Of a stretch of 64,000 nt of DNA, positions 45,503 through 54,536 are shown one piece after another. The DNA comes from Kofleriaceae bacterium (GTDB lineage Bacteria > Myxococcota_A > Polyangia > Haliangiales > Haliangiaceae): positions 96,001 through 160,000 of the forward strand of contig CBDCCZ010000042.1 in NCBI GenBank assembly GCA_965215005.1. Direction: 5' to 3'. Made by a program: the position numbers and the translations under genes. The notes beneath the pieces are model-generated. The model ran no database searches and had not been told where the DNA came from. It saw nothing but the letters and a program-made list of their open reading frames with translations. Within the stretch, counting starts at the first letter, position 1; each line of letters begins with the position of its first letter.

Positions 45503-46279
45503 ATGATTCTCGCCCATTCTCACCCCCGCCTGCTCGCTGTGGGACTGGTATCGGCCTTGCTCGCCGGTTGCGCCAGTGGCAATGACGCTGTCGATCCCGA
45601 GGTCGAGCCAGGGTTCGAACCGCGCCGTCCGGTGCCCGGCGTCGACGCCGGCCCGGGCGCCGAGCCCGATCCCGGAGCCGATGCAGATCCCACTGCCACG
45701 CCGACGTTCACCGACCTGGCTGGCAACGTCTTTCAGACGGAGATCTATCAGCTTGCAGAGCAAGGCCGGATCCTCGGTGTCACCGAGGAGCGCTTCGAGC
45801 CCGCGCTGTGCGTGACTCGTGCTGATTTCGCCGCGCTGTTGGCGGTTGCGGTGCCATTGCCGGCGGGACAGCCGTGCTCGACCAGCGAGTACAGCGATGT
45901 CGCGGCCAGCGACGAGCGCTGCGCGGTGATCGCGGCGGCCAGCGACGCGGGATTTCTCAGCGGCTACACCGACGGCAGCTTCCGTCCCGACGAACCTTTC
46001 GTGCGCTATCACGCCCTGGTGGCGCTGGCGGCGGGAGCGGGACTGGTGCCCGAGGACTCTGCCCAGCGTGGCAACGACCCGCTCGTGACGCAGTATCTAT
46101 CGGCGATGTGGGCTGAGATTCCGACCTGGGCGCGCTACCCAGTTGCCGCTGCCACCGAGGCAAACCTCAACGTCTACGACGCAAAAGGCCTGTCGGTCGA
46201 CGCCGCGGCCTGCACCCGCCGCGACGAGGCGGCGGGACTGCTGTGGAGCTACTTGCGACACGTCGGCGGCGCGCCCTAG
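45503..46279 (+). CDS. S-layer homology (SLH) domain lipoprotein
   Basis: Lipobox LAG-C; SLH repeats FTDL...GVTEERFEP...VTRADFA and YSDV...GYTDGSFRPD, plus a degenerate third repeat (TRRDEAA). Confidence 0.85.
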   Translation: MILAHSHPRLLAVGLVSALLAGCASGNDAVDPEVEPGFEPRRPVPGVDAGPGAEPDPGADADPTATPTFTDLAGNVFQTEIYQLAEQGRILGVTEERFEPALCVTRADFAALLAVAVPLPAGQPCSTSEYSDVAASDERCAVIAAASDAGFLSGYTDGSFRPDEPFVRYHALVALAAGAGLVPEDSAQRGNDPLVTQYLSAMWAEIPTWARYPVAAATEANLNVYDAKGLSVDAAACTRRDEAAGLLWSYLRHVGGAP

Positions 46280-46357
46280 CGGTTCACGACGAAATCCATG
46301 AACCGCTAGAAAAGCCCAAATCACGCGCCACCGATCCCGCAACGGCGCACGAGGTGC

Positions 46358-47824
46358 TCAGTGGGTGCGGGTTACCGTGACGCGCGTGGTCGGCGCATCG
46401 AGGTCCCAACCATGGGCGACCGGGGTGAGATCGCTGGTGGCCAGCGTGCCGTCGATGCCCGGGTGCATCGCGACCACGCCGCCCTCGGCGAGCGCGGCGT
46501 CGCTCATGCCGCTGCCGGCGTCATCGGACATCACGCCGCTGAGCGCCTGACATGGCGGCACGATATCCGCAAAGTCCTCGGTGTTGATCTCCGAGCCGGC
46601 ATCGTAGCCCGCGCCTTCGGCGGAGATGCTCTGACCCACGAAGTACGGCAGCGATACGCCGGTGACACCGGTGAAGCCGTCGTTGGTGCAGATCAGCATC
46701 GAGGCAAACGAGAGCTGCGCAAACGAGCGGTTCGAGGTGATGGAAATGGTGCGCGAGGCGCCCGGCAACAGCGGCGGCGGATCGCCGGCGGCGATCACGA
46801 CGTCGGAGACCCGCGAGCTCGCAGCGAGGGCGGCGCGCAGCGGCTCGATGTTGCCGTTTTCGGCGATTTCACGAATGCCTTCGGAGGCGGGATAGCCGGC
46901 GGCGAACAGCCGCACCCCGCGATCGTGGGTTGCCACCACCGGCGGCGTTTGCGCTTGCGTGGTGGTGAGGTTCTCGATGGTGACGTCGTACTTGGCGACG
47001 CGGGTGATCTCGACGAGCGCGACCGGGTCCGAGAAGCCATGAACCGCGGGCGACAGATCGCTCGTAGCCAGAGAACCGTCGATGCCCGTGTGCGGATGCA
47101 CCACCCCGTTCTCGGCAAGCGCGGCGTTGCTCACGCCGGTGCCGGCATCATCAGACGATACCCCGCTGAGCGCCTGGCACGGCGGCACGATATCGGCGAA
47201 GTCTTCGGTATTGAGCTCAGATCCGGCGTCGTACGCCGCCGCGTAGTAACGCGCGCTGCTGCCCACCAGAAACGGTAACCGCTGCGCATCGAGGCCGGTG
47301 AAGCCGTCGTTGCTGCAAATGAGCATCGCCGCGACCGACACGCGGGTAGAAAACGGCGAGCCTTCGACCTCCACGGTTACCGACGCACCGGGAGCCAACG
47401 GCGGTGGATCGCCGGCAACGCCAACCGCAAAATCGGTCACCGCGGCACTGGCCTCGAGCGCCGCCACCAGCGGATCGAGGTTACCGTTCTCGGCAATCTC
47501 ACGGACGCCGCTCGGGGCTGGATATCCAGCCCGATACAGCGCCACGAACGGCGAGTGCGTGGCGACAACCGGCGGCGTCAACCACTGATTGTCGGTCAAG
47601 TTGGTGATGGTGACTCGATAGAGCGCGGTGCCGCCAAACGAATCGGCGTCGCTGTCGCGGCCTGCCGGAGCGGCAATTGCTGTCTCGGCATCGGCGCCCG
47701 CGACCTCGAGGAGCTGGTCCTCAGCCGGATCCTGCTCGGCGGCGCATGCGCCTACGGTGAGTGCCAAGCCTGCAGCGGCTGCGCTCCAAAGCGCGTTCTT
47801 GGCCAAATAGCTGTGCTGATTCAT
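46358..47824 (-). CDS. Lipoprotein with two tandem bacterial Spondin_N domains
   Basis: Lipobox VGA-C; duplicated Y.VTI.NLT...TPPVVATH...IAENGN...MLIC.NDGF...YDAGSE.NTE. Confidence 0.88.
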   Translation of the reverse strand: MNQHSYLAKNALWSAAAAGLALTVGACAAEQDPAEDQLLEVAGADAETAIAAPAGRDSDADSFGGTALYRVTITNLTDNQWLTPPVVATHSPFVALYRAGYPAPSGVREIAENGNLDPLVAALEASAAVTDFAVGVAGDPPPLAPGASVTVEVEGSPFSTRVSVAAMLICSNDGFTGLDAQRLPFLVGSSARYYAAAYDAGSELNTEDFADIVPPCQALSGVSSDDAGTGVSNAALAENGVVHPHTGIDGSLATSDLSPAVHGFSDPVALVEITRVAKYDVTIENLTTTQAQTPPVVATHDRGVRLFAAGYPASEGIREIAENGNIEPLRAALAASSRVSDVVIAAGDPPPLLPGASRTISITSNRSFAQLSFASMLICTNDGFTGVTGVSLPYFVGQSISAEGAGYDAGSEINTEDFADIVPPCQALSGVMSDDAGSGMSDAALAEGGVVAMHPGIDGTLATSDLTPVAHGWDLDAPTTRVTVTRTH

Positions 47825-47977
47825 CGAACTCTCCCTCTGCTGTGAACGTAGCGACGTGTACGTGACGTCGCTACGTAGCGAGAGGGTGTGTGGTAACAGC
47901 GGACCGAGTGCGCCGCGGTTACCGATTTTCGCAGGTGGAGTTCGAAGAACCGCAACAGGCGCGCGCCGCGATGCGGC

Positions 47978-49630
47978 TCATTGCACCTGCATTGCGAGGT
48001 TGAGGCGCCAGCTATCCGGCAGGACGTCGATCGAGTCGACGTGCAGACCCACGGTGGCGCCCAAGCCGCCATCGATGCCCGCGACCGTGAGGGTCGGTAG
48101 CGTGATGGTGGGCAGCGTGCCGAAGATTTCGCTCACCACGCCCGGAGCCGCTCGTTCGATCAGCGCGACCGCCTGCTCTTGATTGGCCAAGTCGCTCAAG
48201 CGCTCGAACATGACCTCCGAGACCCGCACCGGCCGGCTCGGATCCGCCAACAATCGGATGCCGTCGGGGCCGGGCTCGAGCCGTACCGGCACACTCGCCG
48301 CGGCCCACGCGCGGGTGTCTTTGGCCAAATCCAGCGTGACGTCGATCTCGATGCCGCCAATCTCAAACCGCGGGCCATCGTCACTCCACTCGAGAATCGG
48401 CGGCACCAATAGATCGATCACGACCTCTTGCAGATTGGAGTACGGAAACTTGAGCGAGCCGATGCCGAGCTCCTGCAAGCGCTCTTTGCTGAACTCAAAG
48501 CCGGAGAAGTTGCCTGCATCCCAAATCGCATACGCCAGCTGATTGAAGAGCGGCCGGCTCACGTACAGCGAGGTGCCGCGCTCGTTGCCATCACCGCGCG
48601 GCATCGGTCGCGCCAAGATGAGCTGATCGGCGCGTGCAACGATTGGCGTTACCGCTTGAATCATCATCTGGTGATGAATCTCGACGGTGGCGCCATCGGT
48701 TGCAGCGGTGGTGAGCTGGCTGTCTTGCGCGATGGGCTTGGGCAGATCGAGGCCCGGAATCGGACGTATGCCTTCTAGAACCCGAACCGTGGCGCTCTGC
48801 GCCGCTTGCTGCGCGATCTCGACAATGGCCGCGGTGAACCGTTCGTCGAAGAACGAAACCACGCCCTCGAGCGCCCACGACGGCAGCAAATTGTCTTTGA
48901 TCGCGATCGGCGCGTGGTCGACGGTGGCGTTGGCGAGCGCAATGCCGGTGGCATCGAGCGTGGCGTCGGCGGCGATATCGAGGCGGCTGTAGCGCGCGGT
49001 GCCCTCGGTCCGAAACAAGGCACTCTTGGTGCGATAGGCGATCGCAACGTCGGTGGCCAGCACGTCCATGCGCAACGCGCCGCCCTCGACGGTGAGCTGT
49101 ACCTCCATGCCGCTGGCCACCGCCGAGGTCAGCTCGATCGTCGCCAAGCCGATGTCGACGGTCACGAGCGCACTCGAGAGCTCCTTGCCAACGAGCAGCC
49201 GCGCGATCAACCCGCCCAAGGTATTGGGCCCGCCGGAGAGGGCCTCGGGACCGAGGCGGATCACCGTAGAATCGGGATACCAGCTCCCCGGAGGAACGAA
49301 TTCTCCTTGGTGCCACGAGCGCACCGCAACGAGCTCGTTGCCGGGTGCAGATGCGCTCACGAAGCCGAGCCCGTCGGAGGCTGGCAAGGTGGCCTCGAAC
49401 ACGCCGTCGCCCGCGACCATCTGCTCGCCGATGCGAATCGTTTGGTAGCCCGGCGCGATCACGCGAACCGACACCGGCTGCCCCGCCGGCCGCATTGAGC
49501 CTTCAATGGGAGTCTCGAAATACACCCCTGGTTCGGCATTGCAGCCAGCGACCGCGAGCATCGCCAGAGCGCCGAACACCAAAGAAAAGACGCCCCGGCT
49601 TCGTGAGCTCCCAGCCACATGACCCATCAT
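47978..49630 (-). CDS. Hypothetical lipoprotein, possible BPI/LBP-like (TULIP) fold
   Basis: Lipobox VAG-C; long beta-rich body and LYVSRPLFNQLAYAIWDAG helix. Fold is inferred. Confidence 0.65.
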   Translation of the reverse strand: MMGHVAGSSRSRGVFSLVFGALAMLAVAGCNAEPGVYFETPIEGSMRPAGQPVSVRVIAPGYQTIRIGEQMVAGDGVFEATLPASDGLGFVSASAPGNELVAVRSWHQGEFVPPGSWYPDSTVIRLGPEALSGGPNTLGGLIARLLVGKELSSALVTVDIGLATIELTSAVASGMEVQLTVEGGALRMDVLATDVAIAYRTKSALFRTEGTARYSRLDIAADATLDATGIALANATVDHAPIAIKDNLLPSWALEGVVSFFDERFTAAIVEIAQQAAQSATVRVLEGIRPIPGLDLPKPIAQDSQLTTAATDGATVEIHHQMMIQAVTPIVARADQLILARPMPRGDGNERGTSLYVSRPLFNQLAYAIWDAGNFSGFEFSKERLQELGIGSLKFPYSNLQEVVIDLLVPPILEWSDDGPRFEIGGIEIDVTLDLAKDTRAWAAASVPVRLEPGPDGIRLLADPSRPVRVSEVMFERLSDLANQEQAVALIERAAPGVVSEIFGTLPTITLPTLTVAGIDGGLGATVGLHVDSIDVLPDSWRLNLAMQVQ

Positions 49631-49643
49631 GGGAATTGACTAA

Positions 49644-49658
49644 GCAACGTTGATACCA
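49644..49658 (-). promoter_or_regulatory. Sigma-54 promoter for the 47978-49630 gene
   Basis: Minus strand TGGTATCAACGTTGC fits GG-N10-GC. Confidence 0.65.
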
Positions 49659-49889
49659 GCGCGAAACATTCGCGAGCAAAACGCGACGCAGTGCGGCAAC
49701 AGACGCGCTAGCGGCCGGATTTGTGGCCGCAGGCTGCTTGCGGAGGTCTGCCGGTGTAGGGCGGCGTGAGCAGGCGCGCGCGCTATGCCGTCGCTTGATG
49801 GCTGACGGGGACGGTTAGCCCTAGCGAAGTGACGACCTTACTCCCACCCCGCCGTTGCCTCGTTTGCTCGGCGCGAAGCCGAGACCTCC

Positions 49890-52088
49890 CTACGTGCGGC
49901 CGGAGTCATCGCCCGGCAGGCTAGATTTCTGGCCTGCCGGTTGGAACTGGTCAGCGCCGCCCGACGGGTCGGCCTGCCCCGGCGCTGCGGAGCTCGGAAA
50001 CACGCCCGCGCGGCCTGCACCGGGCGGCGCCTGCAAGCTCTGCGGGTCGCCCAATGGCGCGGGGCCAGGATTCTGGCTTGGCGCCCCCTGACCGGACGGC
50101 GTCGTATTGGGGTCGACCCAGGGGCCGCCCGGAGGCGCCGAGCTGCCGCGCGCCATGGCTCGACGAAGCGCATCGTAGGCTCTAGGTGCTGCCAGCAGCA
50201 GCACAGCAAAATAGCCCAACAAGAAGATCAGCACGCGGACCAGATTGAGAAATGCGCTCAAGCCGCCGTCGAAGTGGACGGTGGTCGCTAGCCAAAGCAG
50301 CACCGCCTGGACCGGCAACCACGCCAACAGCACCGCGGTGATCAGCGGCGCAAAGGCCTCGACCGAGCGCAGCGCCGGAACCGACTCCGGCTTGACGACG
50401 AAGACAGCGCAACCGACCGCTAGCAGCATCACCACCAGGTGGAGCAGGTGATGCACGATGAACAGCGCCGGGGGCTTGAAGCTAAACGCTGCGCCGAGGG
50501 CGTCGATGAATGGCGCAATCATCAACACCGCGCCAACGCCGATGATGAAGCGAGCGATCTGATCTTGGGGATCATCGAGGCGCGCGAGCAACCCGAACAG
50601 CAAGATGGCGTAGCCGATGCCGTAGACGGTGCCCCCGAAGCCAAACCCGCCGCTGGCGACTCCAATGAACGCCAGCACCAAGGGCAACCAACGCAGCACG
50701 GCGGGTGGGATGGACTGGCGGAGGTTGGCCGGCGCCTTGACGACGAACAGGTATCCAGCGCCGGTCAAGAGCGGCCATACGAGCAGCTGGAACTTGCTCG
50801 AGGACGACCATGCGAAGACGGTTGGATCGATATGCAGCGGCAGCAGCAGACTGACAAGCAGTGCAGCGCCGGCGATTAGCAACACCCGCTGCTCGAGCGC
50901 GTGATCGCGCAGCGCCGCCAAAGGCGCGCCAAACAGGGTGCCGGGCCGCGAGCGCGGGAGCCGGCTGGCGAGGTTTGCCAGCGGATCGTGAGCTGCCACC
51001 GACGGGTCATACGCCTGCCCCGGCTTGGGCTCCGGCCAAGCCCCCGGCGCCGACGTCGAAGCCGGACCCGCTGCCGGTGGAAGCTGCCCACCAGGCGGTG
51101 GCTGGTACGCAAACGGAACGCCGCCAGCGCCCGGCTGCCCATGCCCCGGCGGCTGGCCATATCCAGGCGGCTGCCCATGCCCCGGCGGCTGCGCATATCC
51201 CGGCGGCTGCGCATATCCCGGCGGCTGCCCATGCCCCGGCGGCTGCGCATATCCCGGCGGCTGCCCATGCCCCGGCGGCTGCCCATGCCCCGGCGGCTGC
51301 CCATGCCCCGGCGGCTGCCCATATCCCGGCGGCTGCCCATGCCCCGGCGGCTGCCCATATCCCGGCGGCTGCCCATATCCCGGCTGCGCCGGCCCCCCTT
51401 GCTCGTACCCCGTCGGCACGGGCCCCGGCGAACCCGCGCGACCGTATCCCGGCGCCTGAGGCGCACCGCCACCCGCTTGCTCATATCCCGTTGGCAGGTG
51501 CGGTGCGCGCCCATATCCCGGCGGGTGGCCCCCGCCCGGCGTCCCACCCGCCGACGGCGCGGCAGGAGCCGCGGTGCCAGCGTGGTCAGTAGTCGCTGCG
51601 GGCAGCGAGTAGCCGGAATCGCTTGGGCCGTAGGCCGGTGGGGCGCCAGCGGGTGCTCCACGACCGTCCGTCATCGCCCCGGATCCCTGCGGCTGACCGT
51701 AACTCGGCGCTGGCGACGCCGGCGGCGCGGCGACACCAGCGGCATGGCCAAACAGCGTGCCGGGCGCAGCGCTCGGCGCCGTCGGCACGCCTGGCGCCGG
51801 TGGCGCAGCGTCGGGCTGACCGGAGGCCGTAGGCGCCCAGCGTGCCGGTGGCGCCGACGGTTGCGGCGGCGGTGGGCCGCCAGTTCCTGCCCTGGGTGCC
51901 GGCGGACTCCCGGTTGGTTCCTGGCTCGGCGGCTTCGGCGCGACGTAGCCAAACAGCGTCTTGGCTGGCGCACTCTTGGCCTGCGGCACCGGGGCCGGCG
52001 GCAGCGCGCGGCCACAGGTGCCACAAACCGTGGCGGCCACTAAATTGGCCGCGCCGCAATACGCGCACGCCCTGGTCGGTGTTGCCAT
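49890..52088 (-). CDS. Double zinc-ribbon, Pro/Gly-rich, multi-TM membrane protein
   Basis: CAYC...CGTC, AKTLFG and PGTLFG motifs, GQPPG repeats and about 8 hydrophobic segments. Confidence 0.8.
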   Translation of the reverse strand: MATPTRACAYCGAANLVAATVCGTCGRALPPAPVPQAKSAPAKTLFGYVAPKPPSQEPTGSPPAPRAGTGGPPPPQPSAPPARWAPTASGQPDAAPPAPGVPTAPSAAPGTLFGHAAGVAAPPASPAPSYGQPQGSGAMTDGRGAPAGAPPAYGPSDSGYSLPAATTDHAGTAAPAAPSAGGTPGGGHPPGYGRAPHLPTGYEQAGGGAPQAPGYGRAGSPGPVPTGYEQGGPAQPGYGQPPGYGQPPGHGQPPGYGQPPGHGQPPGHGQPPGHGQPPGYAQPPGHGQPPGYAQPPGYAQPPGHGQPPGYGQPPGHGQPGAGGVPFAYQPPPGGQLPPAAGPASTSAPGAWPEPKPGQAYDPSVAAHDPLANLASRLPRSRPGTLFGAPLAALRDHALEQRVLLIAGAALLVSLLLPLHIDPTVFAWSSSSKFQLLVWPLLTGAGYLFVVKAPANLRQSIPPAVLRWLPLVLAFIGVASGGFGFGGTVYGIGYAILLFGLLARLDDPQDQIARFIIGVGAVLMIAPFIDALGAAFSFKPPALFIVHHLLHLVVMLLAVGCAVFVVKPESVPALRSVEAFAPLITAVLLAWLPVQAVLLWLATTVHFDGGLSAFLNLVRVLIFLLGYFAVLLLAAPRAYDALRRAMARGSSAPPGGPWVDPNTTPSGQGAPSQNPGPAPLGDPQSLQAPPGAGRAGVFPSSAAPGQADPSGGADQFQPAGQKSSLPGDDSGRT
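51130..51387. repeat. Coding tandem repeat, 18-bp unit ([YH][GA]QPPG), about 14 copies
   Basis: Repeated cccggcggctgcccatgc / cccggcggctgcgcatat units. Confidence 0.92.
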
Positions 52089-52213
52089 AGTTTGCTTCTC
52101 CCCCGCGCTAGACCACGCCAGCGTAACGTGCCGGCGGATCGAGGGTCAACGCCATGGCCGGCCGCGCGCAACCGTGACTGCCGCGCGCGGCTCCAGGAGT
52201 ATGATGGCAGACC

Positions 52214-53038
52214 ATGCTCCCTTGGCGTTGGCTTGGCCCTCTCGTCGTGGCGGCGACGACGCTGCCCGCGGTGGTATGGCAACACAATGGCGCTCGTGCC
52301 GCTCCAGTACAGCAGCGCGAGCAGCAGCCAACCGCGACGCGATCCCCCAGCGCGGCTGGTGTCCATTGGCGTCTGGAAACCGAGCACGGCCCGGTGCACG
52401 TCTGGCATCCGCTGAACTGGCGCGTAGAGACCGCCGGCACGGTCATCTACGTGCATGGCTACTACACCAACGTCGATCGCGCCTGGCGCACCCATCGGCT
52501 CGCCGAGCAGTTTGCCGCCAGCGGGATCAACGCCCTCTTCATCGCCCCTGCGGCCCCCTCCGGCAACCGCCAGCAGCCGAGCTGGCCGCAGCTAGGCGAG
52601 CTCTTGACGCGGGTTGCACAAGCGATCGAGCTGCCGCGCCCGTGGGGGCCGCTGGCGGTCCTCGGCCACAGCGGCGGCTATCGCTCAATCATTCCCTGGC
52701 TCGGCTATCGCGACCTCGGCTTCATCGGTCTCATCGACGCGCTGTATGGCGAAGAAGAGGCATTTGCCCATTGGCTCGGCGATCCGGCGCAAGCTGGGGG
52801 CAATCGGCTGGTCAACGTCGCCATCGATACGCTGCGCTGGAGCGAGCCGCTGGTGCGCCGCTACGCCGAGGCGCTCACCTTCGACCTCATCCCCGAAACC
52901 TTCACCGACCTCGATCCCGCCGCGCGTTCGGCTCGACTCCTCTACTTGAGGTCGCAGGTTGGCCACATGGAGCTCGTCACCGACGGCCAGGTGATCCCAC
53001 TCTTGCTGCAGCTCTCCGGCATCGAGGAGCTGCCGTGA
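52214..53038 (+). CDS. Exported alpha/beta-hydrolase-like hypothetical protein
   Basis: Signal-like N-terminus, IYVHGY, LGHSGGY, LIDALYG and a late His (GHM). Confidence 0.75.
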   Translation: MLPWRWLGPLVVAATTLPAVVWQHNGARAAPVQQREQQPTATRSPSAAGVHWRLETEHGPVHVWHPLNWRVETAGTVIYVHGYYTNVDRAWRTHRLAEQFAASGINALFIAPAAPSGNRQQPSWPQLGELLTRVAQAIELPRPWGPLAVLGHSGGYRSIIPWLGYRDLGFIGLIDALYGEEEAFAHWLGDPAQAGGNRLVNVAIDTLRWSEPLVRRYAEALTFDLIPETFTDLDPAARSARLLYLRSQVGHMELVTDGQVIPLLLQLSGIEELP

Positions 53039-53042
53039 GCCG

Positions 53043-54536
53043 ATGCGGCGCATGATGCCGGCGCGCGCGCGGGTCCTTCACGTTGGACTCGTGTTGATGT
53101 CGATTGCGATCGCCGCGGGGTCGTATGCCGCGCGCAAAGCCTACATTCAGACGTTCTTTGGGCTCGGTAGCGGAGAAGTCGCAGCGCCGAATCTACCGGC
53201 ACTGCCGGCCGCGCCGGTGCCCCGCGCCGATCGTCTGCGGGTGGTCCTGCTCGATGGCGTCGACGCCACTACCGCGCGCTCGTTACCCGCCTACGACGCA
53301 GTGTGCGCCGGTGGCCTCGAGCTGCTCGTCGACGTCGGCTTTCCCACCGTCTCGCTTCCCGTGCAGCACGTCCTTTGGACCGGCCTGACCCAGCAGCAGA
53401 CCGGCGTCGAATTCATCGGCAAGCCGGGCTTGCCAGCACCGCGCGCCACCACCCTGCCCTCGCTCATCCCGAGCAGCATCGCCGTCGCCGATGACGCCGC
53501 GTATGTAACTGGCTCGCTCGGATTTGCCACTGCTCTGCCTAGTAACGGCCAACCTTGGACCAGCCGCGCAGCGTTCGAGGAAGCCGCTACCGCCGCGTTC
53601 GTCGGCGATTCGCAGCTCGCGCTGGTGCACCTTCTGGCAGCCGATGTCGCAGGTCATCGCCACGGGCGCGATTCGGCGCAATTTCGCGCTGCAGCGCGCT
53701 CCTCAGATGCCTTCTCCAGCGACTTGATCGCAGCGCTGAAGCTCGCCCATCCCGACGGCACGCTCCTGCTCGTGCTCGCCGACCACGGCCACCTCGCCGG
53801 TGGCGGTCATGGCGGCGGAGAGTCGGCGATTCGCCAGGTGCGCGCCTGCTTCGTTGGCGCCACCGGTGCGCCCAGCGCTGGCTCACCGCTGTCGGTGCAC
53901 CTAATCGACGTCGCCCGCACCCTGTTCGAAGCGCTTGGCAAGAGTCCCGATGCTCGCTGCGTTGGCCGGGTACTGGCGGCAGCGGCGGCCGCGCCCGAGG
54001 CAACGCTGCCGCGGCCGCCCTTGGATCGTTGGCTGCTTGCGGCGATCCTCGTGTCGATCGCGCTGCTGGCAACCGCCATCAGCAGTCCAGCGCCGCGCTA
54101 CTGGCCCTGGTGGTACGTTCTCGCGTGGGCCGCCGTGCTGATCATCGAAGGCTGCCCGACGCTGTCGATGCCCATGGTGTATGCGCCGCGCGGCCGAGCG
54201 ATCTACCTGGCGGGCTCGCCCGGCCTGCTCGTCTTGGCGCTGCAGCTCGGCTGGGTGCGGATGCGCGCTGCCTCGCTGCCGCGCGCCATCGCTGGATTTC
54301 TGGCCTTGCCGCTCGGCTGCATGGCCGCCGCTCTGGTGCTGGCTGGCGGTGCGCCGCTGCTGCTCGGAGTCGTGACCGAGCCGCCGCTCATGCCAACATG
54401 GTCCGCGGTGGCAAGCGTTGCCCTCACACTCACGGCTACCGGCGCGCTGGTTTGCGCGCTTGCTGCTCTCGCCAGCGCCGTCCTTCGCGGGTCCGATCGA
54501 GGTGCACCGCGGGAAACGCCGCGTACGCCTGTTTGA
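53043..54536 (+). CDS. Membrane-bound alkaline phosphatase superfamily protein (phosphodiesterase / GPI-EtNP-transferase-like)
   Basis: VLLDGV, FPTVSLP, DVAGH and ADHGH...GGHGG metal motifs; C-terminal TM helices. Confidence 0.8.
   Translation: MRRMMPARARVLHVGLVLMSIAIAAGSYAARKAYIQTFFGLGSGEVAAPNLPALPAAPVPRADRLRVVLLDGVDATTARSLPAYDAVCAGGLELLVDVGFPTVSLPVQHVLWTGLTQQQTGVEFIGKPGLPAPRATTLPSLIPSSIAVADDAAYVTGSLGFATALPSNGQPWTSRAAFEEAATAAFVGDSQLALVHLLAADVAGHRHGRDSAQFRAAARSSDAFSSDLIAALKLAHPDGTLLLVLADHGHLAGGGHGGGESAIRQVRACFVGATGAPSAGSPLSVHLIDVARTLFEALGKSPDARCVGRVLAAAAAAPEATLPRPPLDRWLLAAILVSIALLATAISSPAPRYWPWWYVLAWAAVLIIEGCPTLSMPMVYAPRGRAIYLAGSPGLLVLALQLGWVRMRAASLPRAIAGFLALPLGCMAAALVLAGGAPLLLGVVTEPPLMPTWSAVASVALTLTATGALVCALAALASAVLRGSDRGAPRETPRTPV

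Noticed and set aside
51130..51387. Tandem repeats (also 19475-19630 and 39330-39560) as a possible CRISPR array
   Set aside because: Unit lengths are multiples of 3, they lie inside ORFs, there are no unique spacers and no cas genes.
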